A stretch of 64,000 nucleotides of DNA. Origin: Parcubacteria group bacterium GW2011_GWA1_40_21 (lineage in GTDB: Bacteria; Patescibacteriota; Minisyncoccia; Phycocordibacterales; GWA1-40-21). The stretch covers positions 1,969-65,968 of the forward strand of contig LBYO01000006.1 in the NCBI GenBank assembly GCA_000996205.1, read 5' to 3'. Positions 1-8,692 of the stretch are shown in pieces. The stretch's first letter is position 1, and each line of letters starts with the position of its first letter. Below the pieces are notes generated by a model. It searched no databases. It was given only the letters and a program-made list of their open reading frames with translations, and was not told the origin of the DNA. A program made the translations under genes and the position numbers.

Positions 1-1435
1 GAGAGGTTCTCTTGAGCTTGAAGTGAAGCAGATGATATTGGATGCCAAGGAAGCGGCGAAGAAAATCACCTCCGAAGCGGAAGGAAAGGCTGCCGAGACA
101 ATGAAAGAATTGAGAAACGAGATGAAGGAGAAGGAAGAGAAGTTGAAACAGACCGAGAACAGGCTGATAAAAAAGGAGGATCTTCTTGACCAGCGCCAGT
201 CGGATATAGACAAAGAAGTTGAATCAATAAAAGGCAAGATCGTTGAAATAAAAGAGATAAAAGAGAGGGCTGAAAACATTGAAAAACAGAGGAAGGTGGC
301 GCTGGCAAAACTGGCCAATCTCACGGAAGAAGAGGCGAAAACGGAAATAATCAATCTCGCCGAAAAGAAATACGAGGAAGATATTATGGTGAGAATAAAG
401 AAACTTGAGTCTGTCGGGCAGGAGAAAATGGATCATAAAGCTACGGAAATATTGACCTCCACAATCCAGCGCCTTAGCAGTTCCGTCGTTTCAGACATAA
501 TGTCCACTACGGTAAATATTCCCTCCGATGAATTGAAGGGGAAAATTATTGGCAAGGAAGGCAGGAATATTAAAGCTTTTGAGCGCGCGACCGGCGTTGA
601 GGTAATAGTTGACGATACCCCCGGCGCCATCATTATTTCCTCTTTTGATCCCGTTAGAAGACAAGTTGCCAGAATGGCTCTTGAAAACCTTATAGCCGAC
701 GGACGAATTCAGCCGGCAAAAATTGAGAGTATGGTGGAAAAGGCCAAGCAGGATGTGAACAAGATAATCAAGGAAAAGGGCGAACAGGCTGCTTATGAAT
801 GCGGAGTGTTTAATCTTGACCCGCGCATAATATCAATCTTGGGCAGGCTTTATTTCCGCACAAGCTACGGGCAGAATGTTCTTCAGCATTCTATTGAAAT
901 GGCGCACATAGCCGGAATGATTGCCGAAGAATTAAAAGCCAATGTCTCTATCGCGAAAGCCGGGGCTTTGCTTCACGATATCGGAAAAGCCGTTGACCAC
1001 GAAGTCGCTGGCACCCATGTGGATATCGGCAAAAGGATACTTCAGAAATTCGGCGCCAATGAAGAAATAATAAAAGCGATGCATTCGCATCACGAAGAAT
1101 ACCCTTACGAAACGGTAGAATCGATAATCGTTCAAGTGGCTGACACCATCTCCGGCTCACGGCCCGGAGCGAGAAGAGATTCCATTGAAAACTACCTGAA
1201 AAGGCTTCAAGAGCTTGAAGCTATCACTAATTCGTTTAAGGGAGTTGAGAAATCATACGCGCTTCAAGCCGGCCGAGAAATAAGAGTCTTCGTCGTCCCA
1301 GAAGAAGTTTCCGACCTTGAAGCCAAGAAAATGGCTAGGGAAATAGCCATTAGAATTGAGAACGAACTCAAATACCCGGGTGAAATAAAAGTGAATGTCA
1401 TCAGAGAATCCAGAGTCATTGAATTCGCCAGATAG
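1..1435 (+). CDS. rny: Ribonuclease Y (5'-partial; reading frame open to window start)
   Basis: KH domain (KGKIIGKEGRNIKAFE) followed by HD domain (LLHDIGKA...HH); N-terminal coiled-coil; no stop upstream of first Met, so N-terminus lies outside window. Confidence 0.9.
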   Translation, partial: RGSLELEVKQMILDAKEAAKKITSEAEGKAAETMKELRNEMKEKEEKLKQTENRLIKKEDLLDQRQSDIDKEVESIKGKIVEIKEIKERAENIEKQRKVALAKLANLTEEEAKTEIINLAEKKYEEDIMVRIKKLESVGQEKMDHKATEILTSTIQRLSSSVVSDIMSTTVNIPSDELKGKIIGKEGRNIKAFERATGVEVIVDDTPGAIIISSFDPVRRQVARMALENLIADGRIQPAKIESMVEKAKQDVNKIIKEKGEQAAYECGVFNLDPRIISILGRLYFRTSYGQNVLQHSIEMAHIAGMIAEELKANVSIAKAGALLHDIGKAVDHEVAGTHVDIGKRILQKFGANEEIIKAMHSHHEEYPYETVESIIVQVADTISGSRPGARRDSIENYLKRLQELEAITNSFKGVEKSYALQAGREIRVFVVPEEVSDLEAKKMAREIAIRIENELKYPGEIKVNVIRESRVIEFAR

Positions 1436-1444
1436 GTCAAGACT

Positions 1445-1520
1445 AGCTTCTTAGCTTGTAGCTTTTTAGGAAAGAATGAATTGCAAAACGAAACCTTCCT
1501 AAAAAACCTGCCTTCTTTTT
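1445..1520 (+). terminator. Intrinsic terminator-like hairpin after rny embedded in gene-boundary repeat (tagcttcttagcttgtagctttttagg...ccttcctaaaaaa)
   Basis: Inverted repeat tttttaggaa / ttcctaaaaa directly after rny stop; same 27-mer recurs at 63106. Confidence 0.45.
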
Positions 1521-1699
1521 TTTCTTTTTCCTTAACCTACCACCTATCACCTACCACCTTCTGCCTGCTATTGCGTAAAAAATGGCTTAATATATAATAC
1601 TCGGAGGCTTAAGTCCTGCGGAAATCATTTTTTGCGGGATGAATTAAAAGAGTAAAATCGGGTCGATTCATTATTAAGTTTAAAATTTAAAAATAACAA

Positions 1700-1819
1700 G
1701 GACTTGCGCATTTGGATGCAGTTCGAGGCGCGAGCGAGGCTTGCGACCAAGCTGTATTATTATACTGCGCGGGAGCAAACGAGCGAAGCAACGAAGAAAT
1801 GCGCCGAACGCGCAAGTCC
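1700..1819 (+). repeat. 120-nt structured repeat element, copy A (5' UTR of hup)
   Basis: Terminal inverted repeat ggacttgcgc...gcgcaagtcc; second copy of identical length at 24466-24585 with conserved ends and covarying closing stem. Confidence 0.6.
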
Positions 1820-1830
1820 TAAAAAATAAT

Positions 1831-2103
1831 ATGAATAAACAAGGCATAGCAGAAGCAGTACACAATGTTCTAAATGGAACTAAAGTTCAAGCAGAGCAAG
1901 TGGTAGACACAGTTTTTGATTCAATCGTTAATTCTTTGAAAAAAGGCGAGGAGGTGTCAATCGCCGGAGTTGGTATTTTTTCAGTAAAGCAAAGAGCCGC
2001 TAGACAAGCCAGAAATCCTCGAACGGGAGAAGCGATAAGCGTTCCAGCGATGAAAGTTCCAAAATTCAGAGCCGCCAAAGCTTTGAAAGATTCAGTTAAA
2101 TAA
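1831..2103 (+). CDS. hup: DNA-binding protein HU
   Basis: MNKQGIAEAV...GFGSFSV-like core, RNPRTGE, 90 aa; classical HU/IHF fold signature. Confidence 0.9.
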   Translation: MNKQGIAEAVHNVLNGTKVQAEQVVDTVFDSIVNSLKKGEEVSIAGVGIFSVKQRAARQARNPRTGEAISVPAMKVPKFRAAKALKDSVK

Positions 2104-2133
2104 TTTAAGTTTTATTTTCTCTAGAGAAAAGCC

Positions 2134-2166
2134 AGAACCCCGTTCCGCTATATAGCGGAACGGGGT
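2134..2166. terminator. Bidirectional rho-independent terminator (perfect palindrome gaaccccgttccgctatatagcggaacggggttc + T-run)
   Basis: Perfect 14-bp stem palindrome followed by ttgttttttatt; lies between convergent hup and SGNH hydrolase gene. Confidence 0.7.
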
Positions 2167-2180
2167 TCGCGGTTTGTTTT

Positions 2181-2780
2181 TTATTGTAATAAAACTTCTA
2201 TCTCTGTCTTTATTTTATCAAACATTTTCTTGTGCCCTTCAGTGTTGGGATGCAGACCATCGTCAAGATCAGCTATATCGATGATTCCGTCCATTGAAAT
2301 GAATTTAACATTATTCTCTTCGCAAAATTTCTTTATCGCCCCGTCAAAATGTTTAATATTTTCATTTGTATAAGATATATTAGGATTCAAAGAAAAAGGT
2401 TTTGTCTTTGAATCATCTACGGATGTTAGTCCGACAAAAACAATTTTATCAGCAAACCTCTTTGCGATTGCGTAAAGTTTTTTCAGATTGTTCTTAAATT
2501 CATCGAACAATACGCGTGAACTACTTACGGAATGAATAAACTGCGCATCATTAGTTCCTATGGCAAAAATAATAAGATTCGACTCTCGTGATTTTATCTC
2601 GATTTCAAGATGGGTAAGTAAATCAGTTGTGATTTCGTCAGAAATCGAAAGATTGTAAACAATAATATATCTATTTTTCTTTTCAAGATAATTTCTAAGG
2701 CGAGTAGCCCATCCTCCCCGTTCCGGGTCATATGCGCCCCAAGCTATGCTGTCTCCAAAAATGCAGATATTCATAATCAA
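2181..2780 (-). CDS. SGNH/GDSL family hydrolase
   Basis: N-terminal FGDSIAWG (GDS block) and C-terminal DGLHP (DxxH block). Confidence 0.7.
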   Translation of the reverse strand: MIMNICIFGDSIAWGAYDPERGGWATRLRNYLEKKNRYIIVYNLSISDEITTDLLTHLEIEIKSRESNLIIFAIGTNDAQFIHSVSSSRVLFDEFKNNLKKLYAIAKRFADKIVFVGLTSVDDSKTKPFSLNPNISYTNENIKHFDGAIKKFCEENNVKFISMDGIIDIADLDDGLHPNTEGHKKMFDKIKTEIEVLLQ

Positions 2781-2834
2781 TAATTTTTAAAAACTTTGTC
2801 AGCTGAATCATAATAACAATTCGAAGACTCACTG

Positions 2835-2905
2835 TGCGGGATGGGAGAATCGAACTCCCAACCTCGGTTTGGAAAACCGATATTATACCATTTAACCAAT
2901 CCCGC
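2835..2905 (-). tRNA. tRNA-Gly (anticodon TCC)
   Basis: Cloverleaf: acceptor gcgggat/atcccgc, T-arm gggag-ttcgatt-ctccc, anticodon loop tttccaa; no encoded CCA. Confidence 0.85.
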
Positions 2906-2984
2906 TTCCGCGATATCTTAACAAAATCCAAAGCCCGCCGCAAACGAGGGGCGGGCTTTGGATTAAAATCACCGTCTTTTTTGG

Positions 2985-3074
2985 CTATTCTTCATCCTCC
3001 TCTTCTTCGCAATCTTCACACTCTCCATCAATCATAACCCCACCGCATTTCTTACAAATTTCGTCGTCTTCCAT
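2985..3074 (-). CDS. Small acidic C4 zinc-ribbon peptide (MEDDEICKKCGGVMIDGECEDCEEEEDEE), below the 60-aa ORF-track cutoff
   Basis: CxxC...CxxC spacing, followed 30 nt downstream by a strong hairpin (aaagcccgcc...ggcgggcttt); no clear SD. Confidence 0.25.
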   Translation of the reverse strand: MEDDEICKKCGGVMIDGECEDCEEEEDEE

Positions 3075-3175
3075 ATTATTTTTTATTTTAGATAAACTAA
3101 AACTTTTATTAATAATAAGCCTAAGAAACCAACATAGACTTAAGCTTGCCCGCAATTCTAGCATTGGCCAAATTG

Positions 3176-3487
3176 TTAATCAATGCCAGTTTTACAACTA
3201 GAAGATATTTTAACAAAAGCGTCAAAATCATCTTCCTGGTTGACTCTGTTATTCCTTTCAAAACCGCAATTGACGCATCTTTGGACAATAATATTTTGAC
3301 CACTCTTAAGGAATGCGCTTATCGGTTTCATCATCCCTCCGCACTTCTCTTCCCTGTCGCCCGGATTCACATCAACATGTCTGCTCCAGAGGCATTTCGG
3401 ACAATGGTTAGTATAACCATTGCCTTTCACGCCGAAACTGCAATTTTCACAAATGAAATTTTCAATTTTTCTCTGAAATTTTTTCAC
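3176..3487 (-). CDS. RNHCP-domain zinc-ribbon protein
   Basis: Motif NHCPKCLWSRHVD plus multiple CxxC pairs. Confidence 0.55.
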   Translation of the reverse strand: MKKFQRKIENFICENCSFGVKGNGYTNHCPKCLWSRHVDVNPGDREEKCGGMMKPISAFLKSGQNIIVQRCVNCGFERNNRVNQEDDFDAFVKISSSCKTGID

Positions 3488-3490
3488 CGC

Positions 3491-4246
3491 TTATTTTTTC
3501 AATTCAACACTTTGAACAACAAGGTCGCTTGAATGAATTTTCTTCAGATTTTCGTAAATTAAAAATGAATAAATCGTTACCATCGGAGTCAGTAATGCAT
3601 AACCAATATAGATGTAAATTTTATCAATAACGAGAGTATCCGTGAAAACCGCCAGAGCATTAAACAAATACAAAAACAAGTAAGCAATTATTCCTATGAA
3701 TAAAAACCGCCAGAACACCGCCCTCCAATTTCCCTTGACATAATCTTTGCTTGCCGCCAAAGCTGCCCATCCCTTCTTATTCTCCGAAATAAATACGAAT
3801 GAAGCCAAGCTGAACCATATAAAGAAAATTAAGCCCGGGACAAAAAAGAGGAAAGTTCCGCCAGCTATAATAATCCCCGACAAAAAAGAAACCCAAAAAT
3901 ATGAAATTATCTTGCTCCAGCCTCGCCGATAAGATTCTTTAATGCCGATATTTTCTTCCCTGTCTTTAATGGCATAAAGCAAAGCAATCTGGCTCCATAA
4001 CTGAATTACGATAACACCTAAGGTTAGGAAGCCAGATAAGATTAATATTCCCAAACCAAGCATATTAAAAAAAGCGGAGTGCGCACGCAACAAACTTACA
4101 TCCAACAGGAGAAAGGCAGTCAGCAACAATGAGGCAAAAATAGGAAATGCCATAATTCCTAGAAAAACCCGAAGCCTCTTCTTGTATATCCCCCAAGCCT
4201 GATCCAATAAAATTTTTGCGTTTATCAGCAACATAATCTGTTGCAT
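3491..4246 (-). CDS. Polytopic membrane protein, function unknown
   Basis: 6+ hydrophobic segments; 4-nt spacing to downstream gene. Confidence 0.5.
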   Translation of the reverse strand: MQQIMLLINAKILLDQAWGIYKKRLRVFLGIMAFPIFASLLLTAFLLLDVSLLRAHSAFFNMLGLGILILSGFLTLGVIVIQLWSQIALLYAIKDREENIGIKESYRRGWSKIISYFWVSFLSGIIIAGGTFLFFVPGLIFFIWFSLASFVFISENKKGWAALAASKDYVKGNWRAVFWRFLFIGIIAYLFLYLFNALAVFTDTLVIDKIYIYIGYALLTPMVTIYSFLIYENLKKIHSSDLVVQSVELKK

Positions 4247-4302
4247 AAAATAATATCAGAAAATTTGAGTGCCCGCAATATCGCTAATTCCAATTCAAAA
4301 AA

Positions 4303-4334
4303 ATGGGTGTCACTCAGATATGAGTGACACCCAT
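4303..4334 (-). terminator. Rho-independent terminator (atgggtgtcactcagatatgagtgacacccat + T-run on minus strand)
   Basis: Perfect 13-bp stem; minus strand followed by ttttttt. Confidence 0.6.
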
Positions 4335-4357
4335 CCCACCGTCTATAAAATGAAATT

Positions 4358-4552
4358 TCAGAGAAGACCTCCTTGGATCAATTCTATATCAGTAGAGTCT
4401 TCGTCGTGGGTATGATTCAACTTAAAGCCCATGTTGAAATGAGTTAAAACTTTGCGCGAATCAGAATTGTTCTCTGGCACCGTCTCAAAACCGAAAGCCG
4501 CCGAATCACATCGCCACAAATTACCTTCACCGCTCTCCTGTTTCATTCTCAT
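4358..4552 (-). CDS. Hypothetical small protein
   Basis: ORF followed by terminator; no recognisable domain. Confidence 0.3.
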   Translation of the reverse strand: MRMKQESGEGNLWRCDSAAFGFETVPENNSDSRKVLTHFNMGFKLNHTHDEDSTDIELIQGGLL

Positions 4553-4608
4553 CCCCTTTCAATAAAAATTACCGATAATAAATAAACGGCTAGGAACACA
4601 ACCTGTTT

Positions 4609-4974
4609 TTATTTTCCAACAACAATCCCAGTTTCAATGCAATAGAGCATAGTTTTTTTGAATCTTTTTAGGTCAAACTTTCTCTTTTGACTAAGAAAAT
4701 TAAGAAAATCAATGAAAATATTCATCGGCATTTTTATTTCCTTAGAAACACCCTTGCCTCTCTTCTTTTCTTTTCCCTTAAAAAACCTTTCCCTCTGATC
4801 CAATAAGCTATTCCTGTTATAAAAGCGAAGCTCATTATCTCTATCCATAATGCCCGTAAACTGATTGAAAGTAATTTCATTGCCGACATATTTGGTCAAA
4901 AAAGTCTTTATTTCACTCAAAATAGCTTTATTATCAGTGGGAATAACAGCATCGGATTGATTGATTTTATTCAA
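4609..4974 (-). CDS. Hypothetical protein
   Basis: 121-aa ORF, basic; no recognisable domain. Confidence 0.4.
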   Translation of the reverse strand: MNKINQSDAVIPTDNKAILSEIKTFLTKYVGNEITFNQFTGIMDRDNELRFYNRNSLLDQRERFFKGKEKKRGKGVSKEIKMPMNIFIDFLNFLSQKRKFDLKRFKKTMLYCIETGIVVGK

Positions 4975-5101
4975 TTTTTGCTCCTCGCATTTAATTTTTG
5001 ATGGTGCTTAATAATGAAAAGAACTATTAACTTGAGTAAGTTTAAAACGATAATCAATAAGAAATCAAGCCCCCCCCTAACACAAACAGAAACCAGATTT
5101 G

Positions 5102-5174
5102 TCGGGGTGCCGGGATTCGAACCCGGAGTCGCTTGTTCCCAAAACAAGAATGTTAGCCGTTACACCACACCCCG
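5102..5174 (-). tRNA. tRNA-Pro (anticodon TGG)
   Basis: Acceptor cggggtg/caccccg, T-arm ccggg-ttcgaat-cccgg, anticodon stem cttgt/acaag loop tttggga (G37). Confidence 0.85.
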
Positions 5175-5357
5175 CGATAACTTTCCTAGCTTATCACAGC
5201 AAATTCAGATTCGCCAATTTTTGAACAAGTCTATCAAGTCCGTAAAGTTACACAGGACTTCTCTAGAAGTCCCGCCTTCGTCAGAGACTACGGACGGGCA
5301 CAGTACGGGCGTGGCAAGCAAGTTTATAAAGTAGAGATAAAATTAAATCAATATTTT

Positions 5358-6218
5358 TTATAATTCGCTTTTTTTAATGACGAAATTTTTAGCCAATGCT
5401 CGGCGGATTTTTTGCGCTCGCAATTTATTTCGGGTGATTATTATTCGCGCGACGTGGCAAGAGGTTGTGATTTTGCCTAGTTGGGCAAGTCTGTTTTCAT
5501 CCATAATATCAACTTCGGTCATCAGTTTGTTTATAGCTTCAGCGGTTTTTTTGTCATAACGAGCAATAATTATAAAATCTTCAACAACACATAAGTAATC
5601 AGTTATCGGAACATTATAAAATTCATCAATGGCAATCTGAACATTCCCTTTTTCGAACCCCTTTCTAAAATCACGGGCTAGCCGCGTATCTTTTCCAAGT
5701 GTTAAAAAAATCTTATAGCCTCTTTCTGCGACAGTTTCGTATAGATATGTTTCAAACAGCGGGCGATCATAGATAAACCATTCATGATGATTGAAAAAGA
5801 AAAATGGTTTGTCTTTGAAGCGGTCTGCCAAGGTCAATATTAAATGACCGCAATAAATATCCAATGATTCAGTATTTTTGAACCGGATTGATGTTTTTCT
5901 TTTAAAGGATAATGGATCAAAAATCGCGTTTTCTTTTTCAATCCCCATAGTTTTTTCGCTTTTCATTATAAAATGTCTCATTTGCGAAAGCCAAACGCAG
6001 TTGATTAAGATCAATCTTTTTTGTTTGATAATTATTTCTTCGCTTAACAAAGAGCGAAGCGCTTTATAAACAGCTTGTCTTGTCACCCCGTCTGTCTTTA
6101 AAAAGTTGGAAATGAGATCGTTTGTGTTTTGCGACTCATGAGCGACTTCGCGCACAATTTTCTCCTTTAGAGTGTTCGATGGAAATAACGCTTTTGTAAA
6201 CTTATAGTTTAACTTCAT
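5358..6218 (-). CDS. Hypothetical protein with N-terminal winged-helix DNA-binding-like segment
   Basis: GVTRQAVYKALRSLL helix-turn-helix-like motif near N-terminus; C-terminal 200 aa without recognisable motif. Confidence 0.45.
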   Translation of the reverse strand: MKLNYKFTKALFPSNTLKEKIVREVAHESQNTNDLISNFLKTDGVTRQAVYKALRSLLSEEIIIKQKRLILINCVWLSQMRHFIMKSEKTMGIEKENAIFDPLSFKRKTSIRFKNTESLDIYCGHLILTLADRFKDKPFFFFNHHEWFIYDRPLFETYLYETVAERGYKIFLTLGKDTRLARDFRKGFEKGNVQIAIDEFYNVPITDYLCVVEDFIIIARYDKKTAEAINKLMTEVDIMDENRLAQLGKITTSCHVARIIITRNKLRAQKIRRALAKNFVIKKSEL

Positions 6219-6316
6219 TGTTTTATGATAGTATTTTTTGAAGGTTTGTCAATGGCGATGTATTCTTTTTTCAGATTGTTCTTTATTAAGAAAACTTAAA
6301 AAGAAAGAGGTGGAAA

Positions 6317-6706
6317 ATGTTTTGCGGATTTAACGAAAAAATGCTGGAAGGTTTAAATAAATTCAACGAAGGATTAGTAGAACACGGTTTACTGTTCAAT
6401 TCTAAAAAGAACAACGAGTCAATTGAGCAGGCTATCAGAAGAGAGATTTCTGATATGACGAGGCTTCTCACAGAGACTTATCGAATTGATGATAGCGCAA
6501 AACGCCTTATGACCGAAGGTCTTGTTCAGTATGTTATGCATTTCTTTGTGCTCATGAGGAGAAAGAGTATAGAGGAATACAAAGATGTAGTAAAAAATAT
6601 CGGTGAATACTTCAAAGAGATGGATGACAAATATTATTCCGATTTTAATCAAAAGCCGGAAGACATGAGGGAAATCGCAGAGTTTCTTAATGAGATTCAA
6701 ATTTAG
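6317..6706 (+). CDS. Hypothetical protein
   Basis: 129-aa ORF with SD-like aaagaaagaggtgg upstream. Confidence 0.45.
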   Translation: MFCGFNEKMLEGLNKFNEGLVEHGLLFNSKKNNESIEQAIRREISDMTRLLTETYRIDDSAKRLMTEGLVQYVMHFFVLMRRKSIEEYKDVVKNIGEYFKEMDDKYYSDFNQKPEDMREIAEFLNEIQI

Positions 6707-6812
6707 AGATTAAACTGTCTCATCTTCAGAAAAAGCTAGTCAGTGATGGCTAGCTTTTTGTTATCTTCTGGTTTGATATTAAGTACCCTCTTTTCTGTGC
6801 CTAATGTTGCCA

Positions 6813-7253
6813 TTACAAGACGATGTCCTTTATGTGATCAATCTTTGCTGTTTTATTTTTTATATCCAAAAAAACCGTAATAGCGTCAAATTGCCACTTA
6901 TCATCTTCAGACATATTATTTTCAATCAAATAAGTCTGAATAGCCCTTGATAACCTTTTCAATTTCCAAGGATGAATGTTGTCTTCAGGCCTGTAACTGT
7001 CTAATGTTTCATGTTTAACACCCTTTTTTGTTTCACAAGAAACAAAATCTTTGTTTAACACAAAAGCCAAATCCCTTGAAACTGTTTTGACTTCAACAAA
7101 GTACATAACCTGATCTTTCTTGGCAATAATGTCTATTTCGCCCCATTTTTTCCAATAATTTCTCAATACAATTTGATAATCGTGTTTCATAAGAAACTTA
7201 CAAGCTGTTTCCTCCCCGATTTTTCCTACATTTTGATTGTGTTTATTGTTCAT
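6813..7253 (-). CDS. YraN/UPF0102-family endonuclease-like protein
   Basis: N-terminal GE..A..FL...Y.I..RN....GEIDIIA...VFVEVK pattern typical of UPF0102. Confidence 0.6.
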   Translation of the reverse strand: MNNKHNQNVGKIGEETACKFLMKHDYQIVLRNYWKKWGEIDIIAKKDQVMYFVEVKTVSRDLAFVLNKDFVSCETKKGVKHETLDSYRPEDNIHPWKLKRLSRAIQTYLIENNMSEDDKWQFDAITVFLDIKNKTAKIDHIKDIVL

Positions 7254-7293
7254 AATTTACCCCGAATCACGAAGTTGTTTGTGTCCGGTCTTC

Positions 7294-7330
7294 AATAATT
7301 CTGTGGCTATCTGATAGCCACAGAATTATT
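7294..7330. promoter_or_regulatory. Perfect 18-bp-arm palindrome (aataattctgtggctatc|gatagccacagaattatt), candidate operator
   Basis: Perfect inverted repeat 40 bp upstream of the YraN-like gene start; no T-run so not a terminator. Confidence 0.35.
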
Positions 7331-7700
7331 CTGCTTCAAAAGCTTTCACAAGAAACATCTTTTATAAATTTATAAAGTTTCACATGAAACAAGACGGATA
7401 AATACAGAATAATATTAACCAGTCAATGTCTTTTTGTTAAAACCTTTATTCTTAGCCATTTTTTAGTCTGAAAGACATAATCTTTAAGACAATTTTTAGC
7501 AGTTAGTGGGGGTGTCTTTTATCAACATATACACAGAATTATCCACAGTTTCTTGTAATAGCCAGCTTCTTGCTGTCTCTAAAGACTCATCTTATTTTGA
7601 ATCAAGGACTTACAATAAAAAATTTCAAAAAAATCTTTGACCTTTATAATTTTGAAACTAAAACAGGCTTATTGTCTTTGAATTACGGAACTCTCGTTTT

Positions 7701-7790
7701 CCGTCTTTGCGAGTCGGTATTCCGACGTGGCAATCCAGAGTTTGTCGCGCGTAATCCTGGATTGCTTCGGAATACCTCGCAAAGACGATG
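7701..7790 (+). ncRNA. Candidate structured RNA: roughly 90-nt near-perfect extended hairpin (three stems of 12, 9 and 9 bp)
   Basis: cgtctttgcgag/ctcgcaaagacg, gtattccga/tcggaatac, gcaatccag/ctggattgc; GC-rich island in AT-rich spacer; sigma70-like promoter ttcaaa-N17-tataat about 40 nt upstream. Confidence 0.3.
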
Positions 7791-7893
7791 TGAGAATATA
7801 TACGGTTTCGTAATTCAAAGTAATGTAAAAAATAGCTGTCCTATATAACAACAATATCTTTACCCCCTACCCGCCCAATTTGAAGACTCGCTG

Positions 7894-7964
7894 TGCGGGT
7901 AGGGAGAATCGAACTCCCGTCTTATCCTTGGCAAGGATACATTCTACCACTAAACCATACCCGC
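7894..7964 (-). tRNA. tRNA-Gly (anticodon GCC)
   Basis: Acceptor gcgggta/tacccgc, T-arm gggag-ttcgatt-ctccc, anticodon stem tatcc/ggata loop ttgccaa. Confidence 0.85.
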
Positions 7965-8035
7965 ATAATCGTATTTCAAACAGTTTTCAAAAAACTTGCT
8001 TTCATTATACTAAATAATTAAATATTTCAAAGTTT

Positions 8036-8383
8036 TCAGCCGTTGAGAACTTCAATGGACCTTTTTATAGCGACAAATCCATAACCCCATAAAAAGGGCA
8101 ACCAAAGTGGCATTAAACCAAATAAACTATTTCTTTGAAAAGTTTCAACGCCGGTGCTAACGAATAAATATTCCGAGACTATCATAATAAAAAGCCCGAA
8201 AGTGAATACAAGCAAGTCATTTTTGGTGTTTTTGATGATGAGCGAAACTGCGATAATGGCAATATATATGACAGCAAGTGAATAATCGTTGATAATCAAG
8301 GGTATTAAACCTATCATTATCAGGGTGGGAATTGCGATTATCGTTATATTTAAAGCCTTTTTCATTGGATTAAGACAAAACAA
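8036..8383 (-). CDS. Small membrane protein, function unknown
   Basis: Three hydrophobic helices. Confidence 0.45.
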   Translation of the reverse strand: MFCLNPMKKALNITIIAIPTLIMIGLIPLIINDYSLAVIYIAIIAVSLIIKNTKNDLLVFTFGLFIMIVSEYLFVSTGVETFQRNSLFGLMPLWLPFLWGYGFVAIKRSIEVLNG

Positions 8384-8551
8384 AAAGTTTGATATCGGTG
8401 CGCCCGGCAGGACATTCGAATCTTGCAGATTCAGTATCCTGATTGGATTTTTTGTTCGTTCAGAAACTCCAAAAAATACTCAATCAGGCTTCGAGTCCTG
8501 CGCGTCCCGATACCCATCGGGACTCAGGCGCTTATTTCGCGGACTCAATGT

Positions 8552-8623
8552 GCGCCTGGCAGGACTCGAACCCACAATACAACGTCCGAAGCGTTGCGTG
8601 ATATCCATTTCACTACAGGCGCA
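8552..8623 (-). tRNA. tRNA-Arg (anticodon TCG)
   Basis: Acceptor gcgcctg/caggcgc, D-stem gtga/tcac, anticodon stem caacg/cgttg loop cttcgga, T-loop ttcgagt. Confidence 0.75.
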
Positions 8624-8692
8624 ATTAGAACTCATCTAAATATAATACGCTATGTTAGGCGAAAATCAAAAAATGTAATAATATTATCTCAA

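Noticed and set aside
1700-1819. The 120-nt repeat as a self-splicing intron or ribozyme (group I/II, hammerhead, twister)
   Set aside because: It is far too short for a group I/II intron. No CUGAUGA...GAAA hammerhead core or other ribozyme consensus could be found by eye. RNA-level excision cannot be excluded without a covariance-model search or RT-PCR, so it is reported only as a structured repeat.
1741-1830. Track ORF extension of hup upstream through repeat copy A (start 1741)
   Set aside because: HU family proteins start at MNKQ. The upstream 30 codons are translation of the repeat element and have no HU similarity.
2834-3037. Track ORFs overlapping tRNA genes (2834-3037 +, 5014-5334 +, 8289-8639 +, and the 5' part of 8423-10207 +)
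   Set aside because: They run across or antisense to clear tRNA cloverleaves and have low-complexity translations. The cca start was moved to the internal Met at 8693.
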